From the NCBI GenBank assembly GCA_052168235.1, contig JBQLZK010000062.1, positions 1 through 44,097 on the forward strand: 44,097 bases of DNA, in the 5' to 3' direction. Below, piece after piece: positions 10,895-20,604 of this stretch. Position numbers and translations under genes: made by a program. This DNA is from Thainema sp. Lineage in GTDB: Bacteria > Cyanobacteriota > Cyanobacteriia > Phormidesmidales > Phormidesmidaceae. Position 1 is the stretch's first letter, and each line of letters begins with the position of its first letter. A model generated the notes under the pieces. The model ran no database searches. It saw only the letters and a list, made by a program, of their open reading frames with translations, and was not told the DNA's origin.

Positions 10895-11827
10895 TTAGTT
10901 ACAGGAACTACTGGATACAGAAGCTGCTTCGATAAAAATTCGTTTGACTTCTTGATGGGACTCACGGATCGTGTGTTCGATTCTGCAGATGGCGGTTTCA
11001 ATGTCATCTGACGAAAGACCATCATTAAATTCAATATTGAGAGCCAACAAAATGTCGCTGGGGCCGAGATGAAGCGTGATCGGAGAGCCCATTTGGGAGA
11101 CAGATTCATCGGACTGAATAATTTCGCGGATACTGGCTTGAACTTCGACCGATGCACTTTCACCAACCAGAAGCCCTTTCGTTTCGGCAACTAGCACGAT
11201 TGCGACTCCAGTCAGCAACAACCCGATCACGATGGAGGCAATGCTGTCATATAGGCCATTGTGGGTGAGCTGACTAACAAGGACACCCGTAAATGCGATC
11301 GCTAATCCAATGAGGGCCGCGAAGTCCTCAAAAATGACCACAAATGCACAGGGATCTTTACTCTTGCGGAGGCTTCGCCAAAGGTTTTGGTTTTTAGTGG
11401 GATAGCTTTGTTTAAATTCGTGTAGGGAGATCAGGAGCGCTGTGCCCTCAAACACTGCCGCTGCGGCTAAGACCGCATAGCTAACGAGTGGATTACGCGA
11501 TAGTTCAGGTTCATGTAGACTGTGCAACCCTTCATAAATTGAGATTCCACCGCCCAAGCCGAAGATGAGCACGGCCACGATGAGTGACCAAAAATAGAGT
11601 TCTTGACCGTAGCCTAGCGGATGGTCATCATCTGGCTCTGCTTGGCTTCGCTGTAGGCCATAGAGTAACAGCACCTCATTGACTGAGTCAACAACGGAGT
11701 GGACGCCTTCTGATAACATCGCGGAGCTACCGCTGATTGCCGCTCCGATGAACTTGGCAATTCCAATAGCGATATTGGCAGCCATTGCTGCATAGAGAGA
11801 CAGTTTTGATGATGTTGATTCAGCCAT
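10895..11827 (-). CDS. Cation diffusion facilitator (CDF) family transporter
   Basis: SGSSAMLSEGVHSVVD, HPLGYG.E.Y and FEDFAAL motifs, six TM segments, cytoplasmic C-terminal domain. ATG 11827 chosen; GTG 11836 is an alternative start. Confidence 0.92.
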   Translation of the reverse strand: MAESTSSKLSLYAAMAANIAIGIAKFIGAAISGSSAMLSEGVHSVVDSVNEVLLLYGLQRSQAEPDDDHPLGYGQELYFWSLIVAVLIFGLGGGISIYEGLHSLHEPELSRNPLVSYAVLAAAAVFEGTALLISLHEFKQSYPTKNQNLWRSLRKSKDPCAFVVIFEDFAALIGLAIAFTGVLVSQLTHNGLYDSIASIVIGLLLTGVAIVLVAETKGLLVGESASVEVQASIREIIQSDESVSQMGSPITLHLGPSDILLALNIEFNDGLSSDDIETAICRIEHTIRESHQEVKRIFIEAASVSSSSCN

Positions 11828-12155
11828 GTGATTCACAGGTTTGACAGTTTATTCTAGACCCCGTTTATGCTGGAGACGATAGGTTTTTTGGGGTGGGACA
11901 CCTTTGTCTAGCATAAGTCTGGTTTAATCTATCTTTAGGTGGTTGTTACTTTATGGGGCACCGAGTATGTTCAGGCGATAATTTATTGAGTGATTCAACA
12001 TTCTCTCATTCTCAAGTTATGGTAGTGCCGCTAGGGATCTATTGCACAGATTGGAGCTACACAATCCTTTCGTTGAGTTCTTTGGCTGGGTTGGGTCGCC
12101 GCTATATTTTAGTTGCCTTCACGTCTTGGTTCGCAATTAGTTAAGGAGGATATTT

Positions 12156-12569
12156 GTGGATACAAGGCCCACTGCTGGTCAGCTAGAGCGATCGCTCTCG
12201 CAACAAATACAGGCACTTTACCGTGAAGAATTAGGACACTGTCCGAAACGGATTATTTGTCAGTTGTTTGAAAGCAAGCTGGCGATTATCTTAGAAGGAT
12301 CGATTACTCAGCCGGAAAAGTTTTTGGCCAATGATGGCCAGAAAGAACTCGCAGGGCAAGTGCGCGATCGCATTGATGAAGCTATCCGTCCCCAATTGAA
12401 AGACTTAGTTGAAGAGGTGCTTGGTGTGCCCGTCGTGGATATTCTCAGTGATGCAACTTTAGAGACTGAGCGAACTGGCTTAATTGTTGTCCTTGATGAA
12501 ATTCCAACGGTTCGAAACGCCAACTCAATTCCCAAAGTCAAATTACCTAACAGCCAACAGGATAATTAA
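12156..12569 (+). CDS. DUF2294 (MpsC-like) protein
   Basis: LGHCP, ITQPEKFL and DILSDATLETERTG pattern. GTG start with AGGAGG RBS. Confidence 0.82.
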   Translation: MDTRPTAGQLERSLSQQIQALYREELGHCPKRIICQLFESKLAIILEGSITQPEKFLANDGQKELAGQVRDRIDEAIRPQLKDLVEEVLGVPVVDILSDATLETERTGLIVVLDEIPTVRNANSIPKVKLPNSQQDN

Positions 12570-12607
12570 TTACCTCGACCCACTACCCCCAAAACATTTC
12601 GGATCTG

Positions 12608-12688
12608 GGGATTGCTGATTTTAAGTATGAATCGTGATGTGGGGGTACTGCCCCCGCATCACAATTCATACCCAGATTAAGCAACGCC
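12608..12688. mobile_element. MITE-like imperfect palindrome (~80 bp)
   Basis: Left arm GGGATTGCTGATTTTAAGTATGAATCGTGATGTGGGGG matches the reverse complement of the right arm, GGCGTTGCTTAATCTGGGTATGAATTGTGATGCGGGGG. Confidence 0.55.
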
Positions 12689-12703
12689 GGAAATAAACTC
12701 TCA

Positions 12704-12750
12704 AACGAATGATGGCAAACACAGCTAGTCTATGCTTGCCATCATTCGTT
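12704..12750. terminator. Hairpin between convergent genes
   Basis: AACGAATGATGGCAA...TTGCCATCATTCGTT, a 15-bp perfect stem. Confidence 0.6.
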
Positions 12751-12767
12751 GCGGGTTTTGGTTTTCC

Positions 12768-13352
12768 TTAAAACGATGAACCAGGCTGTTGAAGAAATTC
12801 GGCTTCTGCTGGAGTGGTTTCGCGGCCTAGAATTGTATTGCGATGGGGAAAGTGGCCAAACTGAGCGATAACGTCTCGATGGCGAACTGCATAATCTAGT
12901 GTCGAAGCAAATTGGGGTTCAACTGCAGCTAACTGCTCAAACAGACGTACGGCTTCGGTTTGGTGCTCTAGGTTTTCACTGTGTTCTAAAGGTAAATAGA
13001 CAAAGATTCGTTCAACCGGGTGCAACTGCTGGTCATAATGATGTGCGATCGCAAATTGAGCTATGGCCAAAGCCTGATCATCAGTCGCGAACGCTTGAGC
13101 CGTACCGCGAAACATATTACGGGGAAACTGATCCAGCAGCAAAATCAACGCTAGACAGGAGTGCGGTTCCGTCTGCCAGGATTGGAGTTCTCCTTGAGCT
13201 GCAGCTTGATAGGTAGAAAAAAAGCGATCGCAAATGGTTTGGTCAAACTGCGGATCTTTGCGAAACCAAACCTGACGCTGTTCTCCATACTCACTATTTG
13301 GGTCTTCAGGATCACCAAACCAGAACTGGAGAATATCCTCAATCGATGCCAT
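12768..13352 (-). CDS. DUF924 family protein
   Basis: ILQFWFG, LLDQFPRNMFRG, FVYLPLEHSE and FGHFPHRNTILGR motifs. ATG 13352 preferred. Confidence 0.9.
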   Translation of the reverse strand: MASIEDILQFWFGDPEDPNSEYGEQRQVWFRKDPQFDQTICDRFFSTYQAAAQGELQSWQTEPHSCLALILLLDQFPRNMFRGTAQAFATDDQALAIAQFAIAHHYDQQLHPVERIFVYLPLEHSENLEHQTEAVRLFEQLAAVEPQFASTLDYAVRHRDVIAQFGHFPHRNTILGRETTPAEAEFLQQPGSSF

Positions 13353-13602
13353 TGTCTTGCCTATGCCTTGCCTAAGGTACATGAACTGCTGACTGTTCCT
13401 GATTTCTATCCCTGTAGTGGTTTGTCAACGCTGTTTGGGTGGGTTTCTCTGGTTGGAAAACTGCGCAAAGCACGGCCTCTTAACCAGAGGAGAAATTAGA
13501 TTTGACGCAGTATTAGTCTGAAGCACGCTTCTAAAGTGTGCCGATCAAATCAAGTAGGAGGATTATCTGAAGATTTCAGTACAAGTGATGCAGAAATGCC
13601 TG

Positions 13603-13630
13603 TTGCAGTCAAACGAATATTAAGTATAAT
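13603..13630 (+). promoter_or_regulatory. Sigma70-type promoter of tRNA-Leu
   Basis: TTGCAG-16 nt-TATAAT, ending 12 nt before the tRNA 5' end. Confidence 0.65.
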
Positions 13631-13642
13631 AGTTAAGCTGTC

Positions 13643-13724
13643 GGGCGGATGGCGAAATTGGTAGACGCACCACACTCAAAATGTGGCGACTTCGGTCATG
13701 AGGGTTCGAGTCCCTCTCTGCCCA
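13643..13724 (+). tRNA. trnL: tRNA-Leu (anticodon CAA)
   Basis: Acceptor stem GGGCGGA/TCTGCCC+A, D-loop AAATTGGTAG, anticodon arm CCACA-CTCAAAA-TGTGG, long variable arm, T-arm GAGGG-TTCGAGT-CCCTC. No encoded CCA and no intron. Confidence 0.97.
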
Positions 13725-13735
13725 TCAAATTGGTT

Positions 13736-13788
13736 TCAACAATAGTGATTCTGGCACGACGCACGTATGACAGAATCACTATTGTTGA
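13736..13788. terminator. Bidirectional terminator-like hairpin after the tRNA
   Basis: TCAACAATAGTGATTCTG...CAGAATCACTATTGTTGA, an 18-bp perfect stem between the tRNA and the convergent CDS. Confidence 0.65.
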
Positions 13789-13789
13789 T

Positions 13790-14716
13790 TTAGGTTTTGA
13801 AGCGGCGATACCATGCAGTAACCATCATGTAGCCCGCATAGGAAATAAACCCAAAAGCCACAATCGCTAAGACGACTGTACCTAGTTCGCTGCCAGCCAG
13901 TCTCGAAAGTACTCCACCCAAGCCATCGACTTGTTTGGCGTCCGAGAGGAGGGCGGCTTTGACCAGAAAAAAGCCAATTAGAACAAACACAAACCCTCGG
14001 GCTGCATAGCCAAAACGGCCAAACTGAATGGCCCAGTGTTCAAACATGCTGTCGAGCTGTTCCGACTGCAAGTCACTTAAGTAGCGCTTGCTGTAGCCTC
14101 CATACATGTAGGTCAGGCCAACTCCAATTACGACAAGACCACCAATACCGATTAGCCACTCGCCAAACGGTTTCAAGATTAGCCATTCTGTCCAAACCTC
14201 GGCTGAGTCTTCGTTGGTCATGTTGCCTAATCCAGTCAAGAGCTGGATCGCGGTGTAGGCTACGCCTGCGTAACTCAAGCCGCTCACGGCATAGCCCAAG
14301 CGCTGCAAGAGCCGAATCGGCCTGTAAGAATCAGAGTGTTCTGGGTCGAGAATGGCCTGGATAAATCGCCATAGAGCATAAAAGCACAAGCCAATCGCTA
14401 GAATCGTTAGCAGCACTTCTCCGAACGGCTGAACGATAATTTCGATGAGCGCTTCTTCAGTGTCGGCAGTATCACTGGTGACATCGAAAGCCGCTTGTTC
14501 TGCCAGCAAGCCAATGACCAAATAAACGATTCCTTTCGCCGCAAAGCCCAAACGGATGAATCCTTCCATAATTGGATGTGCGATCGCACGTTTGGATTTT
14601 GCCACCAGTTCGGCAGCCGATTCCTCTAGATCGTTTGGTTCAGAATCTGGCTCTTTGAAAAGCTGTGAATCTGAGCCGGGATGCGATTGATCATCAGAAG
14701 CGGGTTGAATTGGCAT
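13790..14716 (-). CDS. DUF1206 membrane protein
   Basis: Repeated R.G.AA.G.VY...G units and QPFG..LL motifs, with multiple TM segments. ATG 14716 avoids overlap with the SDR gene. Confidence 0.85.
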   Translation of the reverse strand: MPIQPASDDQSHPGSDSQLFKEPDSEPNDLEESAAELVAKSKRAIAHPIMEGFIRLGFAAKGIVYLVIGLLAEQAAFDVTSDTADTEEALIEIIVQPFGEVLLTILAIGLCFYALWRFIQAILDPEHSDSYRPIRLLQRLGYAVSGLSYAGVAYTAIQLLTGLGNMTNEDSAEVWTEWLILKPFGEWLIGIGGLVVIGVGLTYMYGGYSKRYLSDLQSEQLDSMFEHWAIQFGRFGYAARGFVFVLIGFFLVKAALLSDAKQVDGLGGVLSRLAGSELGTVVLAIVAFGFISYAGYMMVTAWYRRFKT

Positions 14717-14753
14717 TAGATCGTTTGAAGACAGATGGTGATGAAAATGGATA

Positions 14754-15470
14754 TTACCAGGCAATCGGTTTGCGATCGCGGAAGAAGCCACCCGTTGCGC
14801 CATCATCCGGCAGAGTGGCTAACCAGATTGCTGTATCTGCTCCTTCTTCTGGGCTACGGGGAGCCTCTTCTCCACCCATGTTAGTTCTGACCCAGCCAGG
14901 ACACATGGAGTTAACCAAAATATTAGTGCCTTCCAGCTCAGCGCTGAGGATGCACGTTACCGCATTCAACGCCGTTTTTGAGAGGCGATAGGCTGGAGAA
15001 CCGCCACCCATTTCTGAAAGTTGTCCCATACCCGATGAGACATTCACAATTCGTCCATAGTGGTTGCGCTTCATCAATGGCACCAGGGTTTGGCAGAGCC
15101 GAATCGGGCCATACACATTGGTTGCAAGACCCTGCTGAATCGTTTCAACCTTAGTCGTCATCAGCGTTTTGCTTTGGTCAGACGTGTCAGGAAAGATGCC
15201 CGCATTGTTTACTAAGACATCTAAACGACCGTATTTGTGATCCATAAATTCGCTTAGTCGCTGAATATCTTCAGTGCGATTGACATCCAGTGGGGCATAG
15301 GCAACATCAAATCCTTGCGCTTGGAGGTCTTCTGCATTGGCATTCCCTTTATTGGGATTGCGTCCGGCTAAAACGATGCGCAATCCTTCTTTCGCCAATC
15401 CCTTGCAAATGGCAAGGCCAATTCCACCGTATCCCCCGGTAACGATGGCCACTCGCGTATTGCTATCCAT
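14754..15470 (-). CDS. Short-chain dehydrogenase/reductase (carbonyl-reductase-like)
   Basis: TGGYGGIG, LVNNAG, catalytic YRLSK and PGWVRTNMGG motifs. Confidence 0.93.
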   Translation of the reverse strand: MDSNTRVAIVTGGYGGIGLAICKGLAKEGLRIVLAGRNPNKGNANAEDLQAQGFDVAYAPLDVNRTEDIQRLSEFMDHKYGRLDVLVNNAGIFPDTSDQSKTLMTTKVETIQQGLATNVYGPIRLCQTLVPLMKRNHYGRIVNVSSGMGQLSEMGGGSPAYRLSKTALNAVTCILSAELEGTNILVNSMCPGWVRTNMGGEEAPRSPEEGADTAIWLATLPDDGATGGFFRDRKPIAW

Positions 15471-15746
15471 TGGTTTCCTTACTTGTTCGAGTCCTACACC
15501 AAATCCGCGTCGAGCGTGTTGGATCTTTGACGAAAGAGACGCGCAGCGTGCCTTTCGCCAAGGATCCGACTAGGATTTATAGCCGAATGTTGTCCGAACC
15601 TCACTCCTCACACGGTGTGTTCTACCTATGACAGTCTCATGAACACACCTGATTAGCGTCCCTCAGGAGAAGGAATTTGATGACCACCTGCGTCCAGCTT
15701 ACTTATTGAAGTCAACAGGATTTGCCCCAAACGTTGGGTTAAATAG

Positions 15747-16616
15747 CTACATTTTCATGCTGATGTCGAGCCAGGGTGAGCGGGTAATGGGGGCGCTACT
15801 GGAAATGTAGTCTACTCCGGTTTCGGCGACGGTGCGAATAGTTGCCAATGTAATATTGCCAGAGGCTTCAATCTTGATGCGATCGCTGTTGGCCCGAATT
15901 CGCTCAACTGCCACTCTCATCAAATCTGGGGCCATGTTATCCAGCATGATAATGTCAGCTCCATGGGCCAAAGCCTCTTCAACCTGCTCTAAGGATTCAG
16001 TTTCAACCTCAATTGAAAGTGGATAAGGCATGCGCTGGCGAATTTGTGCGATCGCAACCCCAATTCCTCCGGCTGCTGCAATGTGGTTGTCTTTAATCAT
16101 GACTCCGTCATCTAACCCCAGCCGATGATTGACGGCTCCCCCAGCGACGGTGGCATATTTCTCGAAGATACGTAATCCAGGCGTTGTTTTGCGGGTGTCA
16201 ACTAGCTGGGCGGGCAAGTCGGCAATTTTTTCGACATATTGGCGCGTCAGTGTTGCTATACCGCTGAGCCGCATCACCAGGTTCAGCGCTGTCCGTTCAC
16301 CCGTCAGTAAACTACCGATTGCCCCTGATAGTTCTGCGATCACCTGACCCGTCTGACAGGTGTCTCCCTCTGCGATCGCAGCATTGAATTGAATGGTTGG
16401 ATCGAGCAGGTAAAATACGCGATTTGCGATCGGCAGTCCTGCGACCGCGCCATCTGCTTTGGCCACCCATTTAGCCGTACTGTTCATCTCCGTGTTGAGC
16501 AATCCTTGTGTTGTGCGATCGCCCCGACCGAGATCTTCGCTGAGCCAACTGCGCAAGAGCGGGTCTAGAACTACCCACGGCGGTAATTCTGTAGAAATCA
16601 ACTGCGTCTTTTTCAT
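15747..16616 (-). CDS. nadC: Nicotinate-nucleotide diphosphorylase (carboxylating)
   Basis: EDLGRGD, ERTALN, DTRKTTPG, NHRLGLDD, IKDNH, IMLDN and EASGNI motifs. ATG 16616 preferred. Confidence 0.95.
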   Translation of the reverse strand: MKKTQLISTELPPWVVLDPLLRSWLSEDLGRGDRTTQGLLNTEMNSTAKWVAKADGAVAGLPIANRVFYLLDPTIQFNAAIAEGDTCQTGQVIAELSGAIGSLLTGERTALNLVMRLSGIATLTRQYVEKIADLPAQLVDTRKTTPGLRIFEKYATVAGGAVNHRLGLDDGVMIKDNHIAAAGGIGVAIAQIRQRMPYPLSIEVETESLEQVEEALAHGADIIMLDNMAPDLMRVAVERIRANSDRIKIEASGNITLATIRTVAETGVDYISSSAPITRSPWLDISMKM

Positions 16617-16658
16617 GGTTACTTTGGTTGATGCGTTGGAGCCAAATTCGATATTAAT

Positions 16659-16700
16659 GCAAAAGAAAAAGACACACTCGATGACAAAGTGTGTCTTCAT
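16659..16700 (-). terminator. Intrinsic terminator downstream of the sugar transferase
   Basis: Minus strand reads AAGACACACT-ttgtcatcg-AGTGTGTCTT followed by a T-rich run. Confidence 0.5.
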
Positions 16701-16852
16701 GCAGAACGTATCAGGAGTTTTTTGAATCAGCTAAAACTGATTAAGCAAGATTGATGTCAAGGAGAATCGGCAATGACTCAGTCGGGAGACGATAGATGCT
16801 GAGACTCGACTGAGACTCGACTGAGGTTCAAATACTGGGGAGTCTTAAAAGA

Positions 16853-17602
16853 TTAGCAGGCACCCTTGCGGTGGAAGACAACCCAGATCGTTTTAAAGAT
16901 CAGCTGCAAATCATATAGAACAGACCAGCGAGCTTGATAGAGGATATCCATCGCAACGATATCTTCGAAATCCTCAACCGAGGAGCGACCATTGGCCTGC
17001 CATTCGCCTGTGATTCCAGGCTTGACCCGCAAGCGATTCCAATGATGAGCGGAATAGTGCTGCACCTCGTCTACCGTGGGCGGGCGGGTTCCGACTAAGC
17101 TCATGTCGCCCATCAAAACATTCCAGAACTGAGGAAATTCGTCCAGGCTCGTCTTGCGGATAAAGCGACCGATACGAGTAATGCGCGGATCGTTATCGTT
17201 CTTAAAGATGTGTCCTTTGGCTTTGTTTTCAACCGTGTGCCGAATCTGGTCGGCATTGCTGACCATTGAACGGAATTTCCAAATCCGGAACTGCTTGCCA
17301 CCGACCCCACAGCGAATCTGGCTGTAGAAAATGGGGCCAGGGTTATCCATATAAATTGCGATCGCAAGTGGAACCAAAATAATCCCAGTGATCCAAAGAC
17401 CAACAATGGCTCCAAGGATATCTAAAATTCGCTTGGCTGGACTGTTAACTGACTCGTGAACGCGAAAGTACCCTTGCGGCGGCACAAAGGTCTGGGGTTC
17501 GACGGGCATTGTCTTTGTTAGTTGCTCAGAACTAGTAATCACAGGCGCAAGTAAGTCTTTATAACGGTTTTCAAGAGCTCTACCGTCAATAATACGGATC
17601 AC
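16853..17602 (-). CDS. Bacterial sugar transferase (polyprenyl-phosphate hexose-1-phosphate transferase, small PGT type)
   Basis: KRILDI, KFRSM, NDPRITRIGRFIRKTSLDEFPQFWNVLMGDMSLVG.RP and KPGITG motifs. Start codon uncertain. Confidence 0.92.
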   Translation of the reverse strand: MIRIIDGRALENRYKDLLAPVITSSEQLTKTMPVEPQTFVPPQGYFRVHESVNSPAKRILDILGAIVGLWITGIILVPLAIAIYMDNPGPIFYSQIRCGVGGKQFRIWKFRSMVSNADQIRHTVENKAKGHIFKNDNDPRITRIGRFIRKTSLDEFPQFWNVLMGDMSLVGTRPPTVDEVQHYSAHHWNRLRVKPGITGEWQANGRSSVEDFEDIVAMDILYQARWSVLYDLQLIFKTIWVVFHRKGAC

Positions 17603-18588
17603 TATAGATATGTGCCCAGCGTCCCTCCGGGATTTCGCCTAATCTTTGAACTGAGCGAAGCTTGTATAAAGATCTGAACAGGTGCAAATTTAGCTACCTT
17701 TAGATGGATGTAATCACCCTATCGTCCTGTTTTACTGAGTTCCAGCCGTTTCCTGGCCATTAAATCTACCCGTCGAAATGGGTTGGGTGCTATCGACTCG
17801 ACTGGATGATTTAAGCAGGGCCGATCATACAGCATCTATAAGAACTCTGGGCGTATGACAAAAGTGGTAAATTTGCGCAATTTGATCTGATTTGCATTAC
17901 AATAAATCGAACTTGATGGACAATGACTTTCGGCGAAGCCCATCACATGGTTAAATAGTTGCTGCAATTTGACAGCATTACGAAAGTTCTAACCCCGGCT
18001 TTGCTTCAGTTATTGTTCGGTGTGAGGAAATTACGTCAGCGCGTACAGCTCTAGCCACAGCAGTTTGCTGTTTAGGGTAATGGATCGGCTGCTTTAACTA
18101 TTTAGACTCGAACCTGGATGCCCTCGTCCCAGAGGTTTCAGGTTGAGTTGAGCTAAATCGGTCTTATCGGATCGATGTTAATGATGAGCAGGCTGCTGCA
18201 TGTTTCGATAGATTTCGCTGACTTTACACTGACCCCAAGGTTGAGAGGCACCCAATACAGTCTGCTTGTTTGCCTCTCAACTCTGCGGCGATGCGCGATC
18301 GCAGGCTTGAGCTGACGTTCATTCCATTGACGGCGCGCCGACGTTTGGGCCCAATTCAAGGTCACAAATGTGTAAGAACATCGGTAGAAACTTTAAGAAT
18401 CGGTAAGGACACATTACAGATTGGCACGAATTTAGTGCAGTTTTGGCCAAAATGGGGCACAATCGCTCAACAGCCTTTTAAAGCTGTGCGCTCAGTGTTC
18501 TACTGTTCGACTACAGTGATAATCTGAGAGCCGGAGTGAGCCTCCAAATCTCAGTTTTAGAATCCCATCAGGGAGGTGAATATATTTG

Positions 18589-18780
18589 ATGAAACCAAGC
18601 AACTACAGTCAACTGATTAATTTCTTACAAGAGGAATTATCGCTCTCCTCTTCTTCAATTGCGATCGCACTTCGTCATTGTGAGCAAGATCCAGGTCCGT
18701 TACCGATGATCTTGTGGCAGTACGGTTTAGTGACACTGGAGCAATTGGATCGGATCTATGACTGGATGGAAACAACCTAA
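18589..18780 (+). CDS. DUF2949 family small protein
   Basis: FLQEEL...IAIALR...PLPMILWQYGLVTLEQLDRIYDW. GGAGG RBS. Confidence 0.88.
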   Translation: MKPSNYSQLINFLQEELSLSSSSIAIALRHCEQDPGPLPMILWQYGLVTLEQLDRIYDWMETT

Positions 18781-18828
18781 AATCCCTCTATTGCCTGTAA
18801 TAGGCTACTGGTCTATAACCAGACTGAC

Positions 18829-18863
18829 AAAGAAGGGGCGATGGTCACCATCGCCCCTTCTTT
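18829..18863. terminator. Bidirectional intrinsic terminator
   Basis: AAAGAAGGGGCGATGG-tca-CCATCGCCCCTTCTTT, a perfect stem. Confidence 0.75.
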
Positions 18864-18906
18864 AATGGTTTGTTGTTGAACGGTTTATGATGAATCGGTT
18901 TCTGTC

Positions 18907-20406
18907 TTAACTCACGGTTTCAATAATGCCCATCATGCCGAGATCTTCGTGATCGAGTACATGGCAGTGATACACTGTTTTACCGCTGAACTGACGGAAC
19001 GGCACGCGAATGCGCACTGTCTCATAGGCTTTGACGAGGACGGTATCTTTCCAGGCAGCGTAGGGTTCGGGTTGACCGTTACGGCTAATGACCTGAAAGG
19101 GATAAGCGTGTAGGTGAAAGGGATGATCGAGGCCAGCCTGGTTAATAATCTCCCAATCTTCCGTTGTGCCCAATTGCACTTGCGTATCGATACGATGATG
19201 ATCAAACGCTTTATTGTTGATTAGAAACCCTGAACCGGAGTGGGGACTCATGCCATGATCGAGAACGAACTGGCGCGTTTGCTGAGCAGCCGGGAGCGTT
19301 TCAACTGGAATCAACTGTTTGGGTACAGAATTGGTTAAAGAAGTCGGTACGGTAGCTGTGCGATCGCGCCCATTGTCGCTGTATTGATTTTTGTACTGAA
19401 GAGTTGCCAGCGTCTGTGGCTCTCGATTAATCTGCAGCAGGTGTTCATGACCCTGCATCATGCCGCCCATCATGTTCTCCGCTAGGCTCATAAAGCCGCG
19501 ATCGTAGGGTAAGTTGAGTAGTCGATAGCTTCCAGATTTGCGATCGCATTTAATCAGCACATCGGCACGTTCTCCCGGAGATAGCAGCAACTCCTCTAGC
19601 TCAATTGGTGCGGCCACTGCGCCACCATCGGTTGCAATTAAATAAAACGGGTGGTGATCCAGCTTCAGGCGATATATTCGTGAAGCCGATGCATTCAGCA
19701 GACGTAGCCGCGCTAGACCCGCCTCTGGCAGTGCTATCGCTGGATTAATTTGACCATTGACGGTGAGCAGCGAACCTTCCCGTCCCCACATGCGATACAT
19801 GGGAGACGGAGTGGCAATCTCGCCATTCCGCGCCAGCTCTACATCCTGTAGCACGAGAACAGATTCCTGGGCGGCTTGGATTTCTGGTAGTTCATCCAGT
19901 GGGCCGCGCACTAAGATCAGACCTGCTAATCCACCGAACACCTGCTCTGCTACCAAACCGTGATAGTGGGGATGATACCAGGCCGTAACAGCCGGATGGT
20001 CGGCAGCTAATTCAAACTCATATTCAGCCGTTTCTCCCGGTTGTACCGTGCGAAATACATTATCGGCTTTGCCCGTTGGCGGAATCATCAGTCCGTGAAA
20101 GTGTAGATTCGTTGGCTGCGCTAGCTGATTCGTGAACTGAATGCGGACTCGATCGCCTGGTCGTAATTCGAGAATGGGACTTTGCTGCTGTTCACCATAG
20201 GTCAATAGTTTGGCCGACTGCCGACCGAGCGAAACAGTGTGTTGCTGTGCGGTTAACGCAATATCAAGCTGCCCATTTTGACTAGTCAGACGTGGCCAAG
20301 CGGCGGTTGCATCAGGAGATAGATTGGTGGTGTTGAGCGTGCATCGAGAGAGCAAAACTGTTCCAGCGGCAGCAGCCATGCTCGATAAAAAGGTACGACG
20401 ATCCAT
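18907..20406 (-). CDS. Multicopper oxidase (CueO/SufI family), Tat-exported
   Basis: DRRTFL Tat motif. Copper ligands NLHFHG, WYHPHYHG, HPFHLH and YHCHVLDHEDLGMM. Met/His-rich insert. Confidence 0.95.
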   Translation of the reverse strand: MDRRTFLSSMAAAAGTVLLSRCTLNTTNLSPDATAAWPRLTSQNGQLDIALTAQQHTVSLGRQSAKLLTYGEQQQSPILELRPGDRVRIQFTNQLAQPTNLHFHGLMIPPTGKADNVFRTVQPGETAEYEFELAADHPAVTAWYHPHYHGLVAEQVFGGLAGLILVRGPLDELPEIQAAQESVLVLQDVELARNGEIATPSPMYRMWGREGSLLTVNGQINPAIALPEAGLARLRLLNASASRIYRLKLDHHPFYLIATDGGAVAAPIELEELLLSPGERADVLIKCDRKSGSYRLLNLPYDRGFMSLAENMMGGMMQGHEHLLQINREPQTLATLQYKNQYSDNGRDRTATVPTSLTNSVPKQLIPVETLPAAQQTRQFVLDHGMSPHSGSGFLINNKAFDHHRIDTQVQLGTTEDWEIINQAGLDHPFHLHAYPFQVISRNGQPEPYAAWKDTVLVKAYETVRIRVPFRQFSGKTVYHCHVLDHEDLGMMGIIETVS

Positions 20407-20522
20407 TCTGTAGAAGGTTTGATATAGATTTTAGGATGACGATTGATGTGTTGTTTATCGCTGGCTACATGTAAGGCCATTAGTTCTATGCTATCTGAAC
20501 AAATTGGCATGTTGAACTCAAA

Positions 20523-20570
20523 CTCAGGGAGTGACGATATCGCCACGACGCGGCACAATCACTCCCTGAG
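20523..20570 (-). terminator. Hairpin downstream of btpA
   Basis: CTCAGGGAGTGA...TCACTCCCTGAG, a 12-bp inverted repeat. Confidence 0.5.
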
Positions 20571-20604
20571 ATTTTAATCAGCTTTTTAAATCGAAACATC
20601 GAAA

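Noticed and set aside
13643..13790. tRNA-Leu as an integration site or intron host
   Set aside because: No integrase nearby and no duplicated tRNA 3' end seen. The anticodon is CAA with an intact loop; the cyanobacterial group I intron is in tRNA-Leu(UAA).
13649..13870. 73-aa ORF over the tRNA
   Set aside because: Shadow ORF of the tRNA and its terminator.
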